Shown here: positions 47,687-57,751 of the stretch, piece by piece
Layout: every line of letters begins with the position of its first letter
Position numbering within the stretch: position 1 is the first letter of the stretch
Virus record (IMG/VR): IMGVR_UViG_3300027759_000046
Span: 1-64,000 of that record
Direction: 5' to 3' (one strand)
Length of the DNA stretch: 64,000 nucleotides
Position numbers and translations under genes: made by a program
The notes under the pieces: generated by a model
Databases searched by the model: none
What the model was told of the DNA's origin: nothing
Seen by the model: only the letters and a program-made list of their open reading frames with translations

Positions 47687-48049
47687 ATGACACTATTAAT
47701 TGAACAGCTCAATACAGCTTTGGGGTATCCAGGGCGTATGATATCCGGTAGTAAAAGCGGTTACCGTGACCGTCATCCAGATAACTTTGCAATTTTTAAC
47801 TCAAATATCTGCACAGAGTCCGGCAAAGTCTGGTTCGGCGATATTGATTTAACCTTGCAAAAAGAAGCTCTTTGCGAATTAGCGAAGGCTCATAATGAAA
47901 CAATATACGTCCTATATGAAATGGACGCGCGTTTTGAAAACGAGGAAACTCCTCTATTGGGAAAAGCCCCAATCAAATTTTTACCAGATGGCACGTTTAA
48001 AGTTGCCGATCGTTTAGTACAATATATTTCTAAATCCTTTTTTGAATGA
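47687..48049 (+). CDS. Hypothetical protein (120 aa)
   Basis: ORF overlapping the polymerase start by 4 nt (ATGA). Confidence 0.75.
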   Translation: MTLLIEQLNTALGYPGRMISGSKSGYRDRHPDNFAIFNSNICTESGKVWFGDIDLTLQKEALCELAKAHNETIYVLYEMDARFENEETPLLGKAPIKFLPDGTFKVADRLVQYISKSFFE

Positions 48050-49437
48050 TAGTAAGCACAGAATTTAATAGTGACGACTCTACGTTAGTCATCTCGTATT
48101 ATGACGAGACTGGCAATATTGCGTTTGTAAAAAAACCAATCCAACAAACCGATCTTTTTAACTGGGCAACTACTCCAACTCCAACTGAGTTTAGAAATTG
48201 GGATAATCGCTTTCTTAAAAAGGCTCCAAACAAGTGGTTAAGTCGTTTTCGTCTTGAGGAGTTAACTCAAAGCCGTTTACACCAATCTGAACTTGATCTA
48301 ATCTATTCAGACCTTAGCCCCAAGAAATACTATCTCGATATTGAGATTCAATTGACTTCACAAGATTTCCCAGATCCAGCAAAAGCCTTGATGCCAGTTA
48401 ACTTAATTACGTTTGTTAACGAAGATAACGTGTGTTTCATTATGTCAACCATGAAAGACTTAGCACCAGACGTAATGCAACAAATGGAATTAGAGGTAAA
48501 TGATTACTTTAAAGCCCATAAACAAACATTCACGTTAAAATACTTGTTCTTTGAGAAAGAAGAAGATTTAATGGCAACATTTTTTCATAAAGTCCTTCCG
48601 AAAATTCCATTCTTAACTGGCTGGAACGTAATAGGATTTGACTGGATTTATCTTATTAATCGCTGCAAGCGTTTAAATATTGATCCAATGGAAACTATGC
48701 CATGTAAAAAAATGATTGGTCAAGCAAAAATGCCAATTCACTTAGGTCTTCTCGATTACATGGAAGTTTTCATGAATACTAAGCCATACAAAGTTGTTGA
48801 GAATTATAAACTAGACTACATTGCAAATCTAGTGTTAGGTACCACTAAATTGCATAGTGAATACGCAACTATGATGGAAGCTCAGCAAGATATTGAGAAT
48901 TTCGTTAAGTATAACGTGATTGATACGATTCTAGTCAAACTTCTTGAAGATAAACTTGGTCTACTTGACGTAGCTTTTGCGATTTCAAAATTTGCGAAGG
49001 TTGACGTATCTAAAGTATTCTCAGCAGTATTCATCACTGAAGCCTTAATGTGCCGTGAATTCTTAGAGCGTGGCCGTTACATGGCAAATGATAAACGTGA
49101 TATTGAGAGCGAAGCGACATACGATGGAGCATTCGTTGCAAAACCTGATCCAGGCTATTACAAGTACGTTTCATGTTTTGACTTTGCGTCCATGTATCCA
49201 AATATCCAAATCCAGTTTAATATTTCGCCAGATGCTTACATGGGTAAAAAGAAATCAGATTCTCAACTTACTCCTGAAACTATCTTAACTAAGAACGATA
49301 CAATATTTACCAAGAAATTCGATTCAGCCGCTCGAACTATATTAACTCGATTGTATAATGGTCGTGTCGATACGAAAAACGAAATGAAAAAACTAGAAGA
49401 ACAACTTCAAAGTGAAAAAACTACTAAAAATACTTAA
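48046..49437 (+). CDS. gp43: Family-B DNA polymerase, N-terminal subunit only (exonuclease + motif A)
   Basis: YLDIE (ExoI), GWNVIGFDW (ExoII), YKLDYIA..YNVIDT (ExoIII) and CFDFASMYPNIQIQFNISPD (motif A). Stops at TAA in the fingers helix; no KxxxNSxYG or YGDTDS motif. Confidence 0.85.
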   Translation: MIVSTEFNSDDSTLVISYYDETGNIAFVKKPIQQTDLFNWATTPTPTEFRNWDNRFLKKAPNKWLSRFRLEELTQSRLHQSELDLIYSDLSPKKYYLDIEIQLTSQDFPDPAKALMPVNLITFVNEDNVCFIMSTMKDLAPDVMQQMELEVNDYFKAHKQTFTLKYLFFEKEEDLMATFFHKVLPKIPFLTGWNVIGFDWIYLINRCKRLNIDPMETMPCKKMIGQAKMPIHLGLLDYMEVFMNTKPYKVVENYKLDYIANLVLGTTKLHSEYATMMEAQQDIENFVKYNVIDTILVKLLEDKLGLLDVAFAISKFAKVDVSKVFSAVFITEALMCREFLERGRYMANDKRDIESEATYDGAFVAKPDPGYYKYVSCFDFASMYPNIQIQFNISPDAYMGKKKSDSQLTPETILTKNDTIFTKKFDSAARTILTRLYNGRVDTKNEMKKLEEQLQSEKTTKNT

Positions 49438-49447
49438 GAAAATTATT

Positions 49448-50092
49448 ATGGGATACGATATTGATGCACTAATGGCTGTAAAAGACAGCTTTCAGAACCA
49501 AAACTTTCAATGGGTTAAAACTAAAGACCGTTCTAAATTAGGAAAGGTCGTTAAAGTAACCGACATTGCTCCAGGTAGAAATGGATACGTTGCTCAGTTG
49601 TCAGACGGTTCAACCATTCCAACTGACCGTCTAACTAGCGATCTATTAATGCTAATGGACGAACAACCTGCCTTATCAATGGAAGAGATCATGTCAATAA
49701 ATTACGTACCGGGACTATCAGACGCTGAAATTCAAGTAGCAGATACTATTCCAGCAGATTTTAAGCAGGAAATCTTGTCTCAGCCAAAGCCTCAAGTTCA
49801 AATAGAACAAGCTTCACCTCAAGTTCAGGTCAGGACACCGAATTCTGAACCTGGTGATCTGTTTGGCATGTTTTCGCTAGAAGAGACTGACCTAAGCCTA
49901 ATTGTATCAGTCAAGTTGCCGGCTAAGAACTTGCTAAAGATGATGTATTCAAATTCACAAGATCAGGAACAATTCTTAAATAGGTTGGCCGGCTATATAA
50001 ATAATAGTGTAACACCTGATTCAATTAAAGACTCATTAAGAAAGTCATTGGGTCAAGATAAAAAGAAGAAAATGGATGCAACTTCAGCCTAA
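49448..50092 (+). CDS. Hypothetical protein
   Basis: ATG 49448 preferred (the track uses GTG 49412). No polymerase motifs. Confidence 0.75.
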   Translation: MGYDIDALMAVKDSFQNQNFQWVKTKDRSKLGKVVKVTDIAPGRNGYVAQLSDGSTIPTDRLTSDLLMLMDEQPALSMEEIMSINYVPGLSDAEIQVADTIPADFKQEILSQPKPQVQIEQASPQVQVRTPNSEPGDLFGMFSLEETDLSLIVSVKLPAKNLLKMMYSNSQDQEQFLNRLAGYINNSVTPDSIKDSLRKSLGQDKKKKMDATSA

Positions 50093-50663
50093 CAAAATAA
50101 ACAAAAGCACTTCCCAAATTTTAGGTGGGGCATTTGATGTAGTTTCTTTGACTCGAGACACCGATAAAGCGGATCGTCTTATGTGCAAGGTAAACTACAT
50201 TGCTGTTTTACCTTTTGAGAGAACAGCAGACGATCGTATTAAAGCAATTTACGGTCTAAAATTTGAAAATCATGCAACTGGCCAATCTGATACTAGTTTA
50301 TTAGTTGACACGGTTGATCCATCCAAAGACCAAACTCCATTCGACACAGTTTGTCGTGCTCTACTTGAAGAGGCTGGAGTAAATATTGAAGAGCTTGGAG
50401 TAGACGAGAACGATATTTACTATTTAGGTAATATTTCAACCTCAATTCCAGTTAATTCTAAGTTTAAGTGTTATGCAGTTGACTTAACTAAAGCTGCAAA
50501 CCCAGAATCACCAATCGAGTTCGCTCGAACCCTTTCCAAATCAAAATTCGACAAAGATTCTTCTGAAATTGTTAAACTTGGGTTTCACCAAGTTGTAAAT
50601 GGCGATTTTACTGATTCAACTATCCTAGCCGGCTCATTTTTATTAGTTTCATACTTTAATTGA
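50076..50663 (+). CDS. Degenerate Nudix-fold protein
   Basis: IAVLPF..DQTPFDTVCRALLEEAGV..YYLG resembles a Nudix box, with substitutions at the conserved G, E and RE positions. Confidence 0.6.
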   Translation: MQLQPNKINKSTSQILGGAFDVVSLTRDTDKADRLMCKVNYIAVLPFERTADDRIKAIYGLKFENHATGQSDTSLLVDTVDPSKDQTPFDTVCRALLEEAGVNIEELGVDENDIYYLGNISTSIPVNSKFKCYAVDLTKAANPESPIEFARTLSKSKFDKDSSEIVKLGFHQVVNGDFTDSTILAGSFLLVSYFN

Positions 50664-50689
50664 AACTAGAGTGAATCTCAGTGTACAAG
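50662..50689 (+). promoter_or_regulatory. Putative phage early/middle promoter GAAACT-N16-TACAAG
   Basis: Intergenic motif upstream of uvsX. Confidence 0.65.
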
Positions 50690-50715
50690 AATACTGAAAT
50701 TAAACTCTAAATAAA

Positions 50716-51909
50716 ATGGCAAAAACTACAATGGACGCTTTCGCAAAGTTTAACGACTTGCTAGAGAAAAAGGTAAAATCTAAAATTGAAATCCGTGGAT
50801 TCTCCGATATCGAAGAGTACATCCCAACCGGAAACTACTTATTAAATGCACAAATGTCTGGCTCAGTATTTGGCGGATATCCAAACACTAGAAGTATTGG
50901 AATCGCTGGAGACTCTGGCGCTGGTAAAACATTCCTCTGCCTGAATGCAGTTCGCGAATTACAGAAGAAAGATTACATGGTTATCTACATTGATACCGAA
51001 GGTGCAATCGATTCGACTGATTACGTAAAATTTGGAGTAGATCTTACTAAACTAAAGTACTTACGCATGGGTCTAATTAGCGAAGTTAAATTCTACGTTA
51101 ATGACCTAATTGACACAATCAAAGAGAACCCAGGCCTTAAAATTGCTCTATTCGTTGACTCAGTCGGAATGTTAGACACAGATAAGAGTAAACGTGACAT
51201 GGATGCAGGTAAAAATGCGGCAGATATGGGTCTTCGTGCAAAAGAGATGAGATCGTTATTTAAGTCTCTAACTCTAGACCTTTCAAATTACAAAATCCCA
51301 TTCATCTTTACAAACCACACCTATGCCTCTATGGATCAATACACTCCAAAGGGAATGTCTGGAGGTGGAGGTCCTGAGTTCTCAGCTTCAATTATCTTGA
51401 TGTTGAGTAAAGGAACTCTTCGTGATGAGGCTAAGACCACAACCGGAATCATTGTTAGATCCAAGACAAAAAAGAATCGTCTTGCTAAACCAATCGATAT
51501 TGAATTCCATATCTCATTCCATAAGGGTATGAATCCGTTCGTTGGTCTTGAACAATACGTAAATTGGGAAAATTGCGGAGTAGGTCGCGGCAATAAGTTG
51601 ACAGAAAAAGAATTTTCAAAACTTAAACCAGACGAAGCTGACCTATGTTCAAAATTTGAACTTGGCGGTGAAACTTTCTACTTTTTACCTAAGAAATTAG
51701 GAAAAACATATATTGTCAGACATAACGGTGATGCAGTTCCAGTTAAGGAATTCTTTTCAAATAGACTTTTCACAAATGAAGTTTTAACAGAACTCGATGA
51801 GAAGGTTATTAAGCCAACGTTTAAATTCCCTGAAACTCAGGATGGAATTGATACAATGGAAATTGATGAATTAGAAGACTTAACTCCAACTGAAGAGCAT
51901 GACCTTTAA
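50716..51909 (+). CDS. uvsX: RecA-like recombinase UvsX
   Basis: IPTGNYLLN, Walker A GDSGAGKT, YIDTEGA, LFVDSVG, FTNHTY and SGGGG..FSASII. Confidence 0.93.
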   Translation: MAKTTMDAFAKFNDLLEKKVKSKIEIRGFSDIEEYIPTGNYLLNAQMSGSVFGGYPNTRSIGIAGDSGAGKTFLCLNAVRELQKKDYMVIYIDTEGAIDSTDYVKFGVDLTKLKYLRMGLISEVKFYVNDLIDTIKENPGLKIALFVDSVGMLDTDKSKRDMDAGKNAADMGLRAKEMRSLFKSLTLDLSNYKIPFIFTNHTYASMDQYTPKGMSGGGGPEFSASIILMLSKGTLRDEAKTTTGIIVRSKTKKNRLAKPIDIEFHISFHKGMNPFVGLEQYVNWENCGVGRGNKLTEKEFSKLKPDEADLCSKFELGGETFYFLPKKLGKTYIVRHNGDAVPVKEFFSNRLFTNEVLTELDEKVIKPTFKFPETQDGIDTMEIDELEDLTPTEEHDL

Positions 51910-52237
51910 GATACAAACAGGGCTACCGATTAAATACTCGCTAGCCCTTCATTCAGCTTTACCGAGCTACCCCAATTCATCTGACTTTTTATTTGACGTT
52001 GCCTCCCATATTATTAGAGTAACTGAACTAAAGTCTAAAGAGTGGGATTCAGCCGATATTAAATTCTCAACCAAAACTTTAAAATATGTTTTTGGCGAGC
52101 ACATGGCATCCGAGCAGTTTAAGGATAAGATTAGAAATATCTTAAAGGATCTCATTGCTAGTGGAACGCTAACCAAAAAAGGCGAATTTATTTTTATACC
52201 CGAAACGGAATTTTCTAAGTACTATATAATAGCATAA
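51899..52237 (+). CDS. Hypothetical protein, possible winged-helix fold
   Basis: 112-aa ORF coupled to uvsX; C-terminal helix-beta pattern (LKDLIASGTLTKKGEFIFI). Confidence 0.65.
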   Translation: MTFKIQTGLPIKYSLALHSALPSYPNSSDFLFDVASHIIRVTELKSKEWDSADIKFSTKTLKYVFGEHMASEQFKDKIRNILKDLIASGTLTKKGEFIFIPETEFSKYYIIA

Positions 52238-52257
52238 TAAGTGCTCACCAACAACCT

Positions 52258-53802
52258 ATGATGATTGATTTTAAAGAAAATATTGAATTATTAGAAAAGA
52301 TAATTTTCAATTTTATTTTAACCGAAGAAGATAATGAAGTAGTAATCAAGCCCAAGAATTACGATTCATTGGACATGAGAGAGATCATTCCAATGGTTAA
52401 ACCACATTACTTCAACGATGACAATCTTCAGAGATTATATCGTGAAGCCAAAAAGTTCTTTCTAGAATACAAGAAGATTCCAACTCGAAATGAATTAAAG
52501 CAATTAGCTAATCTTTCAAACATGGATTTGCCCGATGCAAAATTCAATAGCTATTTTGAAGTTGATCTCGGCAGCTATAATTACGATTTTCTATTTAAGT
52601 ACACAAAGGCCTTTATTTTCTACAAGAATCTTAATGAGTCTGTTATTGATGTCTTATCGTTTATCAAAACGACTGACGTAAATCCAGAAAACGTGGAGAT
52701 CATTACCAATCAGGTTAGAGAAAAGTTTAATGAAAAGCTTAATGTATCTTTTACGAGTGCTGAGTCTGGCCTAAACTTCTTTAATGCAGTGGATCACGTT
52801 CAGCTGAGTAAAATCGGTAATCCAACTGGATTCAAATTCTTTGATAAAACGCTAGGCGGCGGTTGGAATCCAAAAACACTTGTTGTTTTCCAAGGTCGAC
52901 CTAAAGTCGGTAAGTCGATGGTGCTTTCTAATATTGCAGGTCGAGCATTTATATCTGGCTGTAATGTTGGTATTGCAACTCTTGAATTATCTGATCGTAA
53001 GTACATGAAACGACTAGGATCCATGATCTTAGATATTCCATTTAAGGATTATGATTCAATGTTAAATCCTGGCCAAGTTTCAGCAGTGGATGCTCGAATG
53101 AAAAACTTAAAAGAGACGGTGTCTACTCTTGGCGAATTGCAAGTAAAAGAATTTCCAACTGGAACAGCTACCGCAATTGACGTTGAAAACTATTTCTTAA
53201 AGGTTCAGCAAAATACTGGCAAGAAGTTCACCGTAATTGTTGTCGATTATATTAACTTAATGAGACCTATGCGAGAGCAAGGAAATACTTATGAAAAGAT
53301 CAAAGTAATCTCAGAAGAGTTAAGAGCAGTTGCTATTCGAAATGAATGGTGTATTATTACCGCAACTCAAATCAAAAGAGACGCAGTAGACGATCAAGAC
53401 TTAAGTATGTCAGATATCGCTGAATCGTTCGGTTTGGTACACACAGTAGATTCTCTATTCGGCCTAATGAGAGGCCCGATGGAGAAACGTATGAAGATTA
53501 AATTGATTGCAAACCGAGATGGTGGATACAACGAAAGTTTTAAAATGTATAGAATGAGTTATGAATTTGCTAAATTAGTTGAAGAAACTGATCCAGCTTC
53601 AGAATTCTATTCAGATGACGATGATACTCAATCATTGGAGAATCAAATGCGAAACCAGTATCAAACTGCCGCAACCACAACACTACCTCCAAATTTGATA
53701 CCGTACGATTTAGCAATAAGCCCAGACTATCAGCCTAAGCATGCAAGTCCGGAGCCACCTAAATCCTCTAATTACGACGATATCTTAAATATGATTAACT
53801 AA
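52258..53802 (+). CDS. gp41: Replicative DnaB-like helicase (T4 gp41-like)
   Basis: LDKTLGGG-type segment, Walker A GRPKVGKS, ATLELS, VKEFPTG, IVVDYINLM, TATQIKR and IAESFGLVHTVD. Confidence 0.93.
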   Translation: MMIDFKENIELLEKIIFNFILTEEDNEVVIKPKNYDSLDMREIIPMVKPHYFNDDNLQRLYREAKKFFLEYKKIPTRNELKQLANLSNMDLPDAKFNSYFEVDLGSYNYDFLFKYTKAFIFYKNLNESVIDVLSFIKTTDVNPENVEIITNQVREKFNEKLNVSFTSAESGLNFFNAVDHVQLSKIGNPTGFKFFDKTLGGGWNPKTLVVFQGRPKVGKSMVLSNIAGRAFISGCNVGIATLELSDRKYMKRLGSMILDIPFKDYDSMLNPGQVSAVDARMKNLKETVSTLGELQVKEFPTGTATAIDVENYFLKVQQNTGKKFTVIVVDYINLMRPMREQGNTYEKIKVISEELRAVAIRNEWCIITATQIKRDAVDDQDLSMSDIAESFGLVHTVDSLFGLMRGPMEKRMKIKLIANRDGGYNESFKMYRMSYEFAKLVEETDPASEFYSDDDDTQSLENQMRNQYQTAATTTLPPNLIPYDLAISPDYQPKHASPEPPKSSNYDDILNMIN

Positions 53803-53817
53803 AAAAACCTAAACGTT

Positions 53818-54471
53818 TTGGCAAAAAGAAAAAAAGAAGAACTGTTCGAAGATCTAGGATTTGAAGAACAAGATGATTTATCATACGAATCGGGGTTTGA
53901 CGATATTAGTGTAGTCGATGAGACTGATGGAGAAGATCCAGTTGAGCTTGAAAGACGTCGTACTGAATATGCTCGACTTAGAAAAAATGATAAGATTTTT
54001 AATAACTCATACAATATGGGTCAAAACTTATCAGAAGAAGACGAGGGCGAAGCCCGATCTCATTCGGAAATTAAATTAGATTCAAGCTCACCAGACTACC
54101 ATCTATACGATCGAGACCAATACTCAGATCACATTGACAACAAGATAACTCAATACGATATAGATCAATTCGTATCAGTATCTACTGACATCCAGGCGAT
54201 CCTAGGTGATCAACCTGATAAGCGTAAATTTACAAAGCCTGAGATAAATGAACTGTTCCAATTAATAACAGTTGGCGTAAGCAAAGGCGAAGATACAAGC
54301 GTATTCGTTAGTCCAATCCATATTCTTGATGCAATCTCGTCTTTGACCTGCATGGAATATAAGAAATTGTTTGACATGTTAACTTACGAACACAAGGAGA
54401 TTCTTCTATTGGAACTAAACAAGAAATACGGCTTTCTAGACAAGCCCTCCAAAAACCTTAAAATGTTTTAA
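53818..54471 (+). CDS. Acidic hypothetical protein (217 aa)
   Basis: TTG start; ORF fills the helicase-gp47 gap. Confidence 0.75.
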   Translation: MAKRKKEELFEDLGFEEQDDLSYESGFDDISVVDETDGEDPVELERRRTEYARLRKNDKIFNNSYNMGQNLSEEDEGEARSHSEIKLDSSSPDYHLYDRDQYSDHIDNKITQYDIDQFVSVSTDIQAILGDQPDKRKFTKPEINELFQLITVGVSKGEDTSVFVSPIHILDAISSLTCMEYKKLFDMLTYEHKEILLLELNKKYGFLDKPSKNLKMF

Positions 54472-54474
54472 TTA

Positions 54475-55590
54475 ATGAAACTATCAAATATTAGAAAAAT
54501 TAACCTAGTTGGAGATCTTCACCTAGGTATCAGAAATAACTCAGTTGAATGGTTAGAGATCCAAAAAGATTTTCTAACCGACTTTTTATTTAAGACGATT
54601 GACCAAGATTTTGATGAAGACCGAGATATTCTAATATTGGAAGGCGACATATTTCATTCAAGAGAATCAATTAACGTCAGAATCCAAAATGAAGCATTCG
54701 ATATCTTTAAGAAACTTTCAGCAAAGTTTAAAAGAGGAGTCTACATCATTATCGGAAACCACGACGTTTATTACAAAGACAAAAATGAAGTTCACTCGCT
54801 AAAGTCGTTAAACTACTTAGCTGAGAATATTCACGTATTCGAAACTCCAGAAATTCTAACAATTAATGGATCCCATAACTTCTTAATGTTACCTTGGATC
54901 GAAGACGTTTCGAGACTTTCAAATGTTGTAAACGATCACCGTAATATTTGCCAGTACATTGTATGTCATGCAGATATCAAAGGTCTAAAATTTAATAAGT
55001 GGACTCATGTTGAGCACGGTATTGAAATTGATGCACTTGATACCTATAAGAGAGTTTACGGCGGTCATATCCACCACAGACAAGAGAGCCGTAACGTTCT
55101 CTATACCGGAACTCCTTATCAAATGGATCGAGGTGACATGGGTAATGCCAAAGGATTCTATCAGCTAACGGTTGATACTCCTGAATTAAAAGAAGTGTTT
55201 GTTGAAAATACACAGTCTCCAACCTTTGTTAAGTTCGATATCATGAATGTTTTGGAATTAACGCATGCTGAAATTGAGGAAAGGTTCAGAAATAATTTTG
55301 TAGACTTAATGATCAATGTTAATTTTGCAAATAGGTTCTCAGTAACTCGTTTTCTTGAAGAGATCTCAGCAGTACCTCACCGTAAAATTGAATTTTTTAC
55401 TTACGTTGATCAGACTCAAGCTGATGCTGAAATGAATTCCGAATTTAATCCAGAAGAGGGCTTTAATATAACTGATATTTTTAAAATGTATGTAAAGTCA
55501 AGAGACTACTCACAAGACTTTAAATCTGACTTAGCTAGAAAATTCATTGAAATACATCAAGCCGTAAAAGAAGACAATACTTATGCCTAA
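54475..55590 (+). CDS. gp47: Recombination nuclease, Mre11/SbcD-like (T4 gp47)
   Basis: Metallophosphoesterase motifs GDLHLG, GDIFH, GNHD and GHIH, plus YTGTPYQ. Confidence 0.92.
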   Translation: MKLSNIRKINLVGDLHLGIRNNSVEWLEIQKDFLTDFLFKTIDQDFDEDRDILILEGDIFHSRESINVRIQNEAFDIFKKLSAKFKRGVYIIIGNHDVYYKDKNEVHSLKSLNYLAENIHVFETPEILTINGSHNFLMLPWIEDVSRLSNVVNDHRNICQYIVCHADIKGLKFNKWTHVEHGIEIDALDTYKRVYGGHIHHRQESRNVLYTGTPYQMDRGDMGNAKGFYQLTVDTPELKEVFVENTQSPTFVKFDIMNVLELTHAEIEERFRNNFVDLMINVNFANRFSVTRFLEEISAVPHRKIEFFTYVDQTQADAEMNSEFNPEEGFNITDIFKMYVKSRDYSQDFKSDLARKFIEIHQAVKEDNTYA

Positions 55591-56071
55591 TCCATCAATT
55601 AGTAAATACGTTCGAATTATTGAAATGAATCGGGAATTTAAAGCGATTGCTGCAATGGATGTTCCGGAAAACACAATAATTGAAATTTGCCCAGTTCTAA
55701 TTAGTAGCGCTAAAGCAATCATGTCATTAACTAATTCAGATTCTAAACTTGCAAGCAAAATCATAATTGACGAGGCTGCCATTGACAGGGAATATCAAGT
55801 GTTTGCTGAGCTTGGTGAAATGGAATTGGAAAGAAGGCTTGATTCAGGCCAAATTACACCAGCTGAGTATACTCAAATACTAAGATCTAAGGTCAACATA
55901 AACTCTCTACTAAATGCTAAAACTCACGGTCTGCCATTAGGAAACGGATTAATTTATGGAATAAGTGATTTTCCAAATATGGTCAGAGAATATCATTCAA
56001 GTAGTAAACTTTGCGTGTTTAGATCAGTACAATACATAATAGAAGGCAGTGAACTAACTTACTCCAAATAA
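55583..56071 (+). CDS. Degenerate SET-domain-like protein
   Basis: KAIAAMDVPENTIIEICPVL...LPLGNGLIYGISDFPN...VFRSVQYIIEGSELTY follows the bacterial SET pattern (VFA.RDI..GEIIE.CPV...LALGYGSLYNHS..PN...F.A.RDI..GEEIT.NY), but NHS is replaced by GIS. Confidence 0.55.
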   Translation: MPNPSISKYVRIIEMNREFKAIAAMDVPENTIIEICPVLISSAKAIMSLTNSDSKLASKIIIDEAAIDREYQVFAELGEMELERRLDSGQITPAEYTQILRSKVNINSLLNAKTHGLPLGNGLIYGISDFPNMVREYHSSSKLCVFRSVQYIIEGSELTYSK

Positions 56072-56077
56072 TATTAA

Positions 56078-57751
56078 ATGAAGATAACTCAATTCTCTTT
56101 TAAGAACATTTGTTCTTATGGCAATAAATTACAGACTTTTAAATTCTCAGAAGATCCTCAATTAGTATTGGTTCAGGGTAAGAATGGCAGCGGTAAATCT
56201 TCAATTTCCGATGCTCTAACTGTTGCACTATATGGCAAATCATCAATTCGTAAAACAAAAGAGATTCCAAATCGAATCAATAAAAATGCATACACGCATG
56301 TAGAGTTTTTAACCGGATCCGGCGATACGATTGAAATTGAAAGAGGCCTAGAGCCTAACTTTTCAAAATTATTAATCAATGGAACTGAGCATAATTTGCC
56401 AGATAAACGCCGAGTAGACGATTTTATCGAAGAAGAACTTACAAAGATCCCATTCAACGTATTCTCAAACACAATCAGTCTATCAGTTAATGATTTCAAG
56501 AGCTTTGTTAAGTTAAGCCCTCATGACAAGCGCCAAATTATTGATAAAATCTTTGGTTTAGATATTGTAAATGACATGTCTAAAATTGCCAAGGAAGAAG
56601 TTCGTGAATTAAAAGTATCAATACAAACAATTGACTCAACTGTTCTTAATAATGAAGCTCTGCTCCAAAATTCACAAGATCAGCTAACGAATCTTAAGCA
56701 AGATCTATCGTCGGCTAAAGATTCTAGGATTTTAGAGTTAACAACCGAAATTTCTGAGCTAAATAAAACTAAAGAGATTTATAAAGCCGAATACACAGGC
56801 TTTCAAGCCGAGTTAAAGAAATTAGAATCAGCAGTAACAGACGCTAGAGAAAAGAAGTCAAATATTCAATTAACTATTTCTGAAATTCAGAAAAAACTTG
56901 ACCTGTACTCCAAGAATAAGTGTCCACACTGTCTATCTGATCTTACTGACGCTGCACATTTAGGCATAAAGGATAAGCTAGTTGCTAAGAAACAGGAGCA
57001 AACTGACCTGATTCCAACTGCTAACTCTCAAATTACTGAAGCGAATCAATTACTTGAAGATCTAAAGGCTGCTCAAAGTTCTGCTCGAGATAAATTTTAT
57101 CAAGTGGATGGAGTTCTTGCTCCGCTAAAGAAAGAACTTTCTGAACTAAATGATACACCTGAGTCGACTGATAAGAAGTCTGGCACAACATACATAAATG
57201 GAGTAATTTCAAATATTGAATCTGAGATTTCAAAATTATCAGAAGAAAGAGCTAAATTAAGTTCACAATTATCAATTTCTCAAGAGATGGAAGACATTCT
57301 ATCAGATAATGGAATGAAGCGTGTTCTAATGAGTCAAATTATTCCAATGCTAAATAAGAAAATCTTGAAGACTTCAAAGCTTCTTGAATTTAAGTTTGCA
57401 TTTGAATTTGATTTAGAATTTAATCCAATAATTACTCACTTAGGAATGCAAATTTCTCCAGACTCGTTATCTGCTGGAGAACAAAAGAAGATGAACTTAA
57501 TCGTTCTATTGTGTATTTTGGAGCTCTTAAAATTAAAACATCACAAGGTTAATCTATTATTCCTAGATGAAGTATTCTCATCATTAGATGTTGAATCAAT
57601 CTATAGAGTAGTTGACCTATTGAAAACTTTTGCAAAAAAGTACAACATGACAGTATTCGTAATCTCTCATGATCCTTTACCTGAGGAGTTTTTCGACACA
57701 AAGTTAATGGTTGAAAACACCGACCACTTCTCAGACATCAAGTTCTTGTAA
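56078..57751 (+). CDS. gp46: Recombination ATPase, Rad50/SbcC-like (T4 gp46)
   Basis: GKNGSGKS, coiled coil with CPHC zinc hook, LSAGEQKK signature, LFLDE and ISH. Confidence 0.93.
   Translation: MKITQFSFKNICSYGNKLQTFKFSEDPQLVLVQGKNGSGKSSISDALTVALYGKSSIRKTKEIPNRINKNAYTHVEFLTGSGDTIEIERGLEPNFSKLLINGTEHNLPDKRRVDDFIEEELTKIPFNVFSNTISLSVNDFKSFVKLSPHDKRQIIDKIFGLDIVNDMSKIAKEEVRELKVSIQTIDSTVLNNEALLQNSQDQLTNLKQDLSSAKDSRILELTTEISELNKTKEIYKAEYTGFQAELKKLESAVTDAREKKSNIQLTISEIQKKLDLYSKNKCPHCLSDLTDAAHLGIKDKLVAKKQEQTDLIPTANSQITEANQLLEDLKAAQSSARDKFYQVDGVLAPLKKELSELNDTPESTDKKSGTTYINGVISNIESEISKLSEERAKLSSQLSISQEMEDILSDNGMKRVLMSQIIPMLNKKILKTSKLLEFKFAFEFDLEFNPIITHLGMQISPDSLSAGEQKKMNLIVLLCILELLKLKHHKVNLLFLDEVFSSLDVESIYRVVDLLKTFAKKYNMTVFVISHDPLPEEFFDTKLMVENTDHFSDIKFL

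Noticed and set aside
49397-49450. Programmed frameshift or read-through joining the polymerase fragment to the next ORF at GAAAAAAC
   Set aside because: The stop is TAA and the downstream ORF has no polymerase motif B or C, so a fusion would not restore the enzyme.
35152-57751. Inteins, group I/II introns or homing endonucleases in nrdAB, helicase, gp46 or polymerase
   Set aside because: Protein lengths are normal, and no LAGLIDADG, HNH, GIY-YIG or intein terminal motifs were seen.
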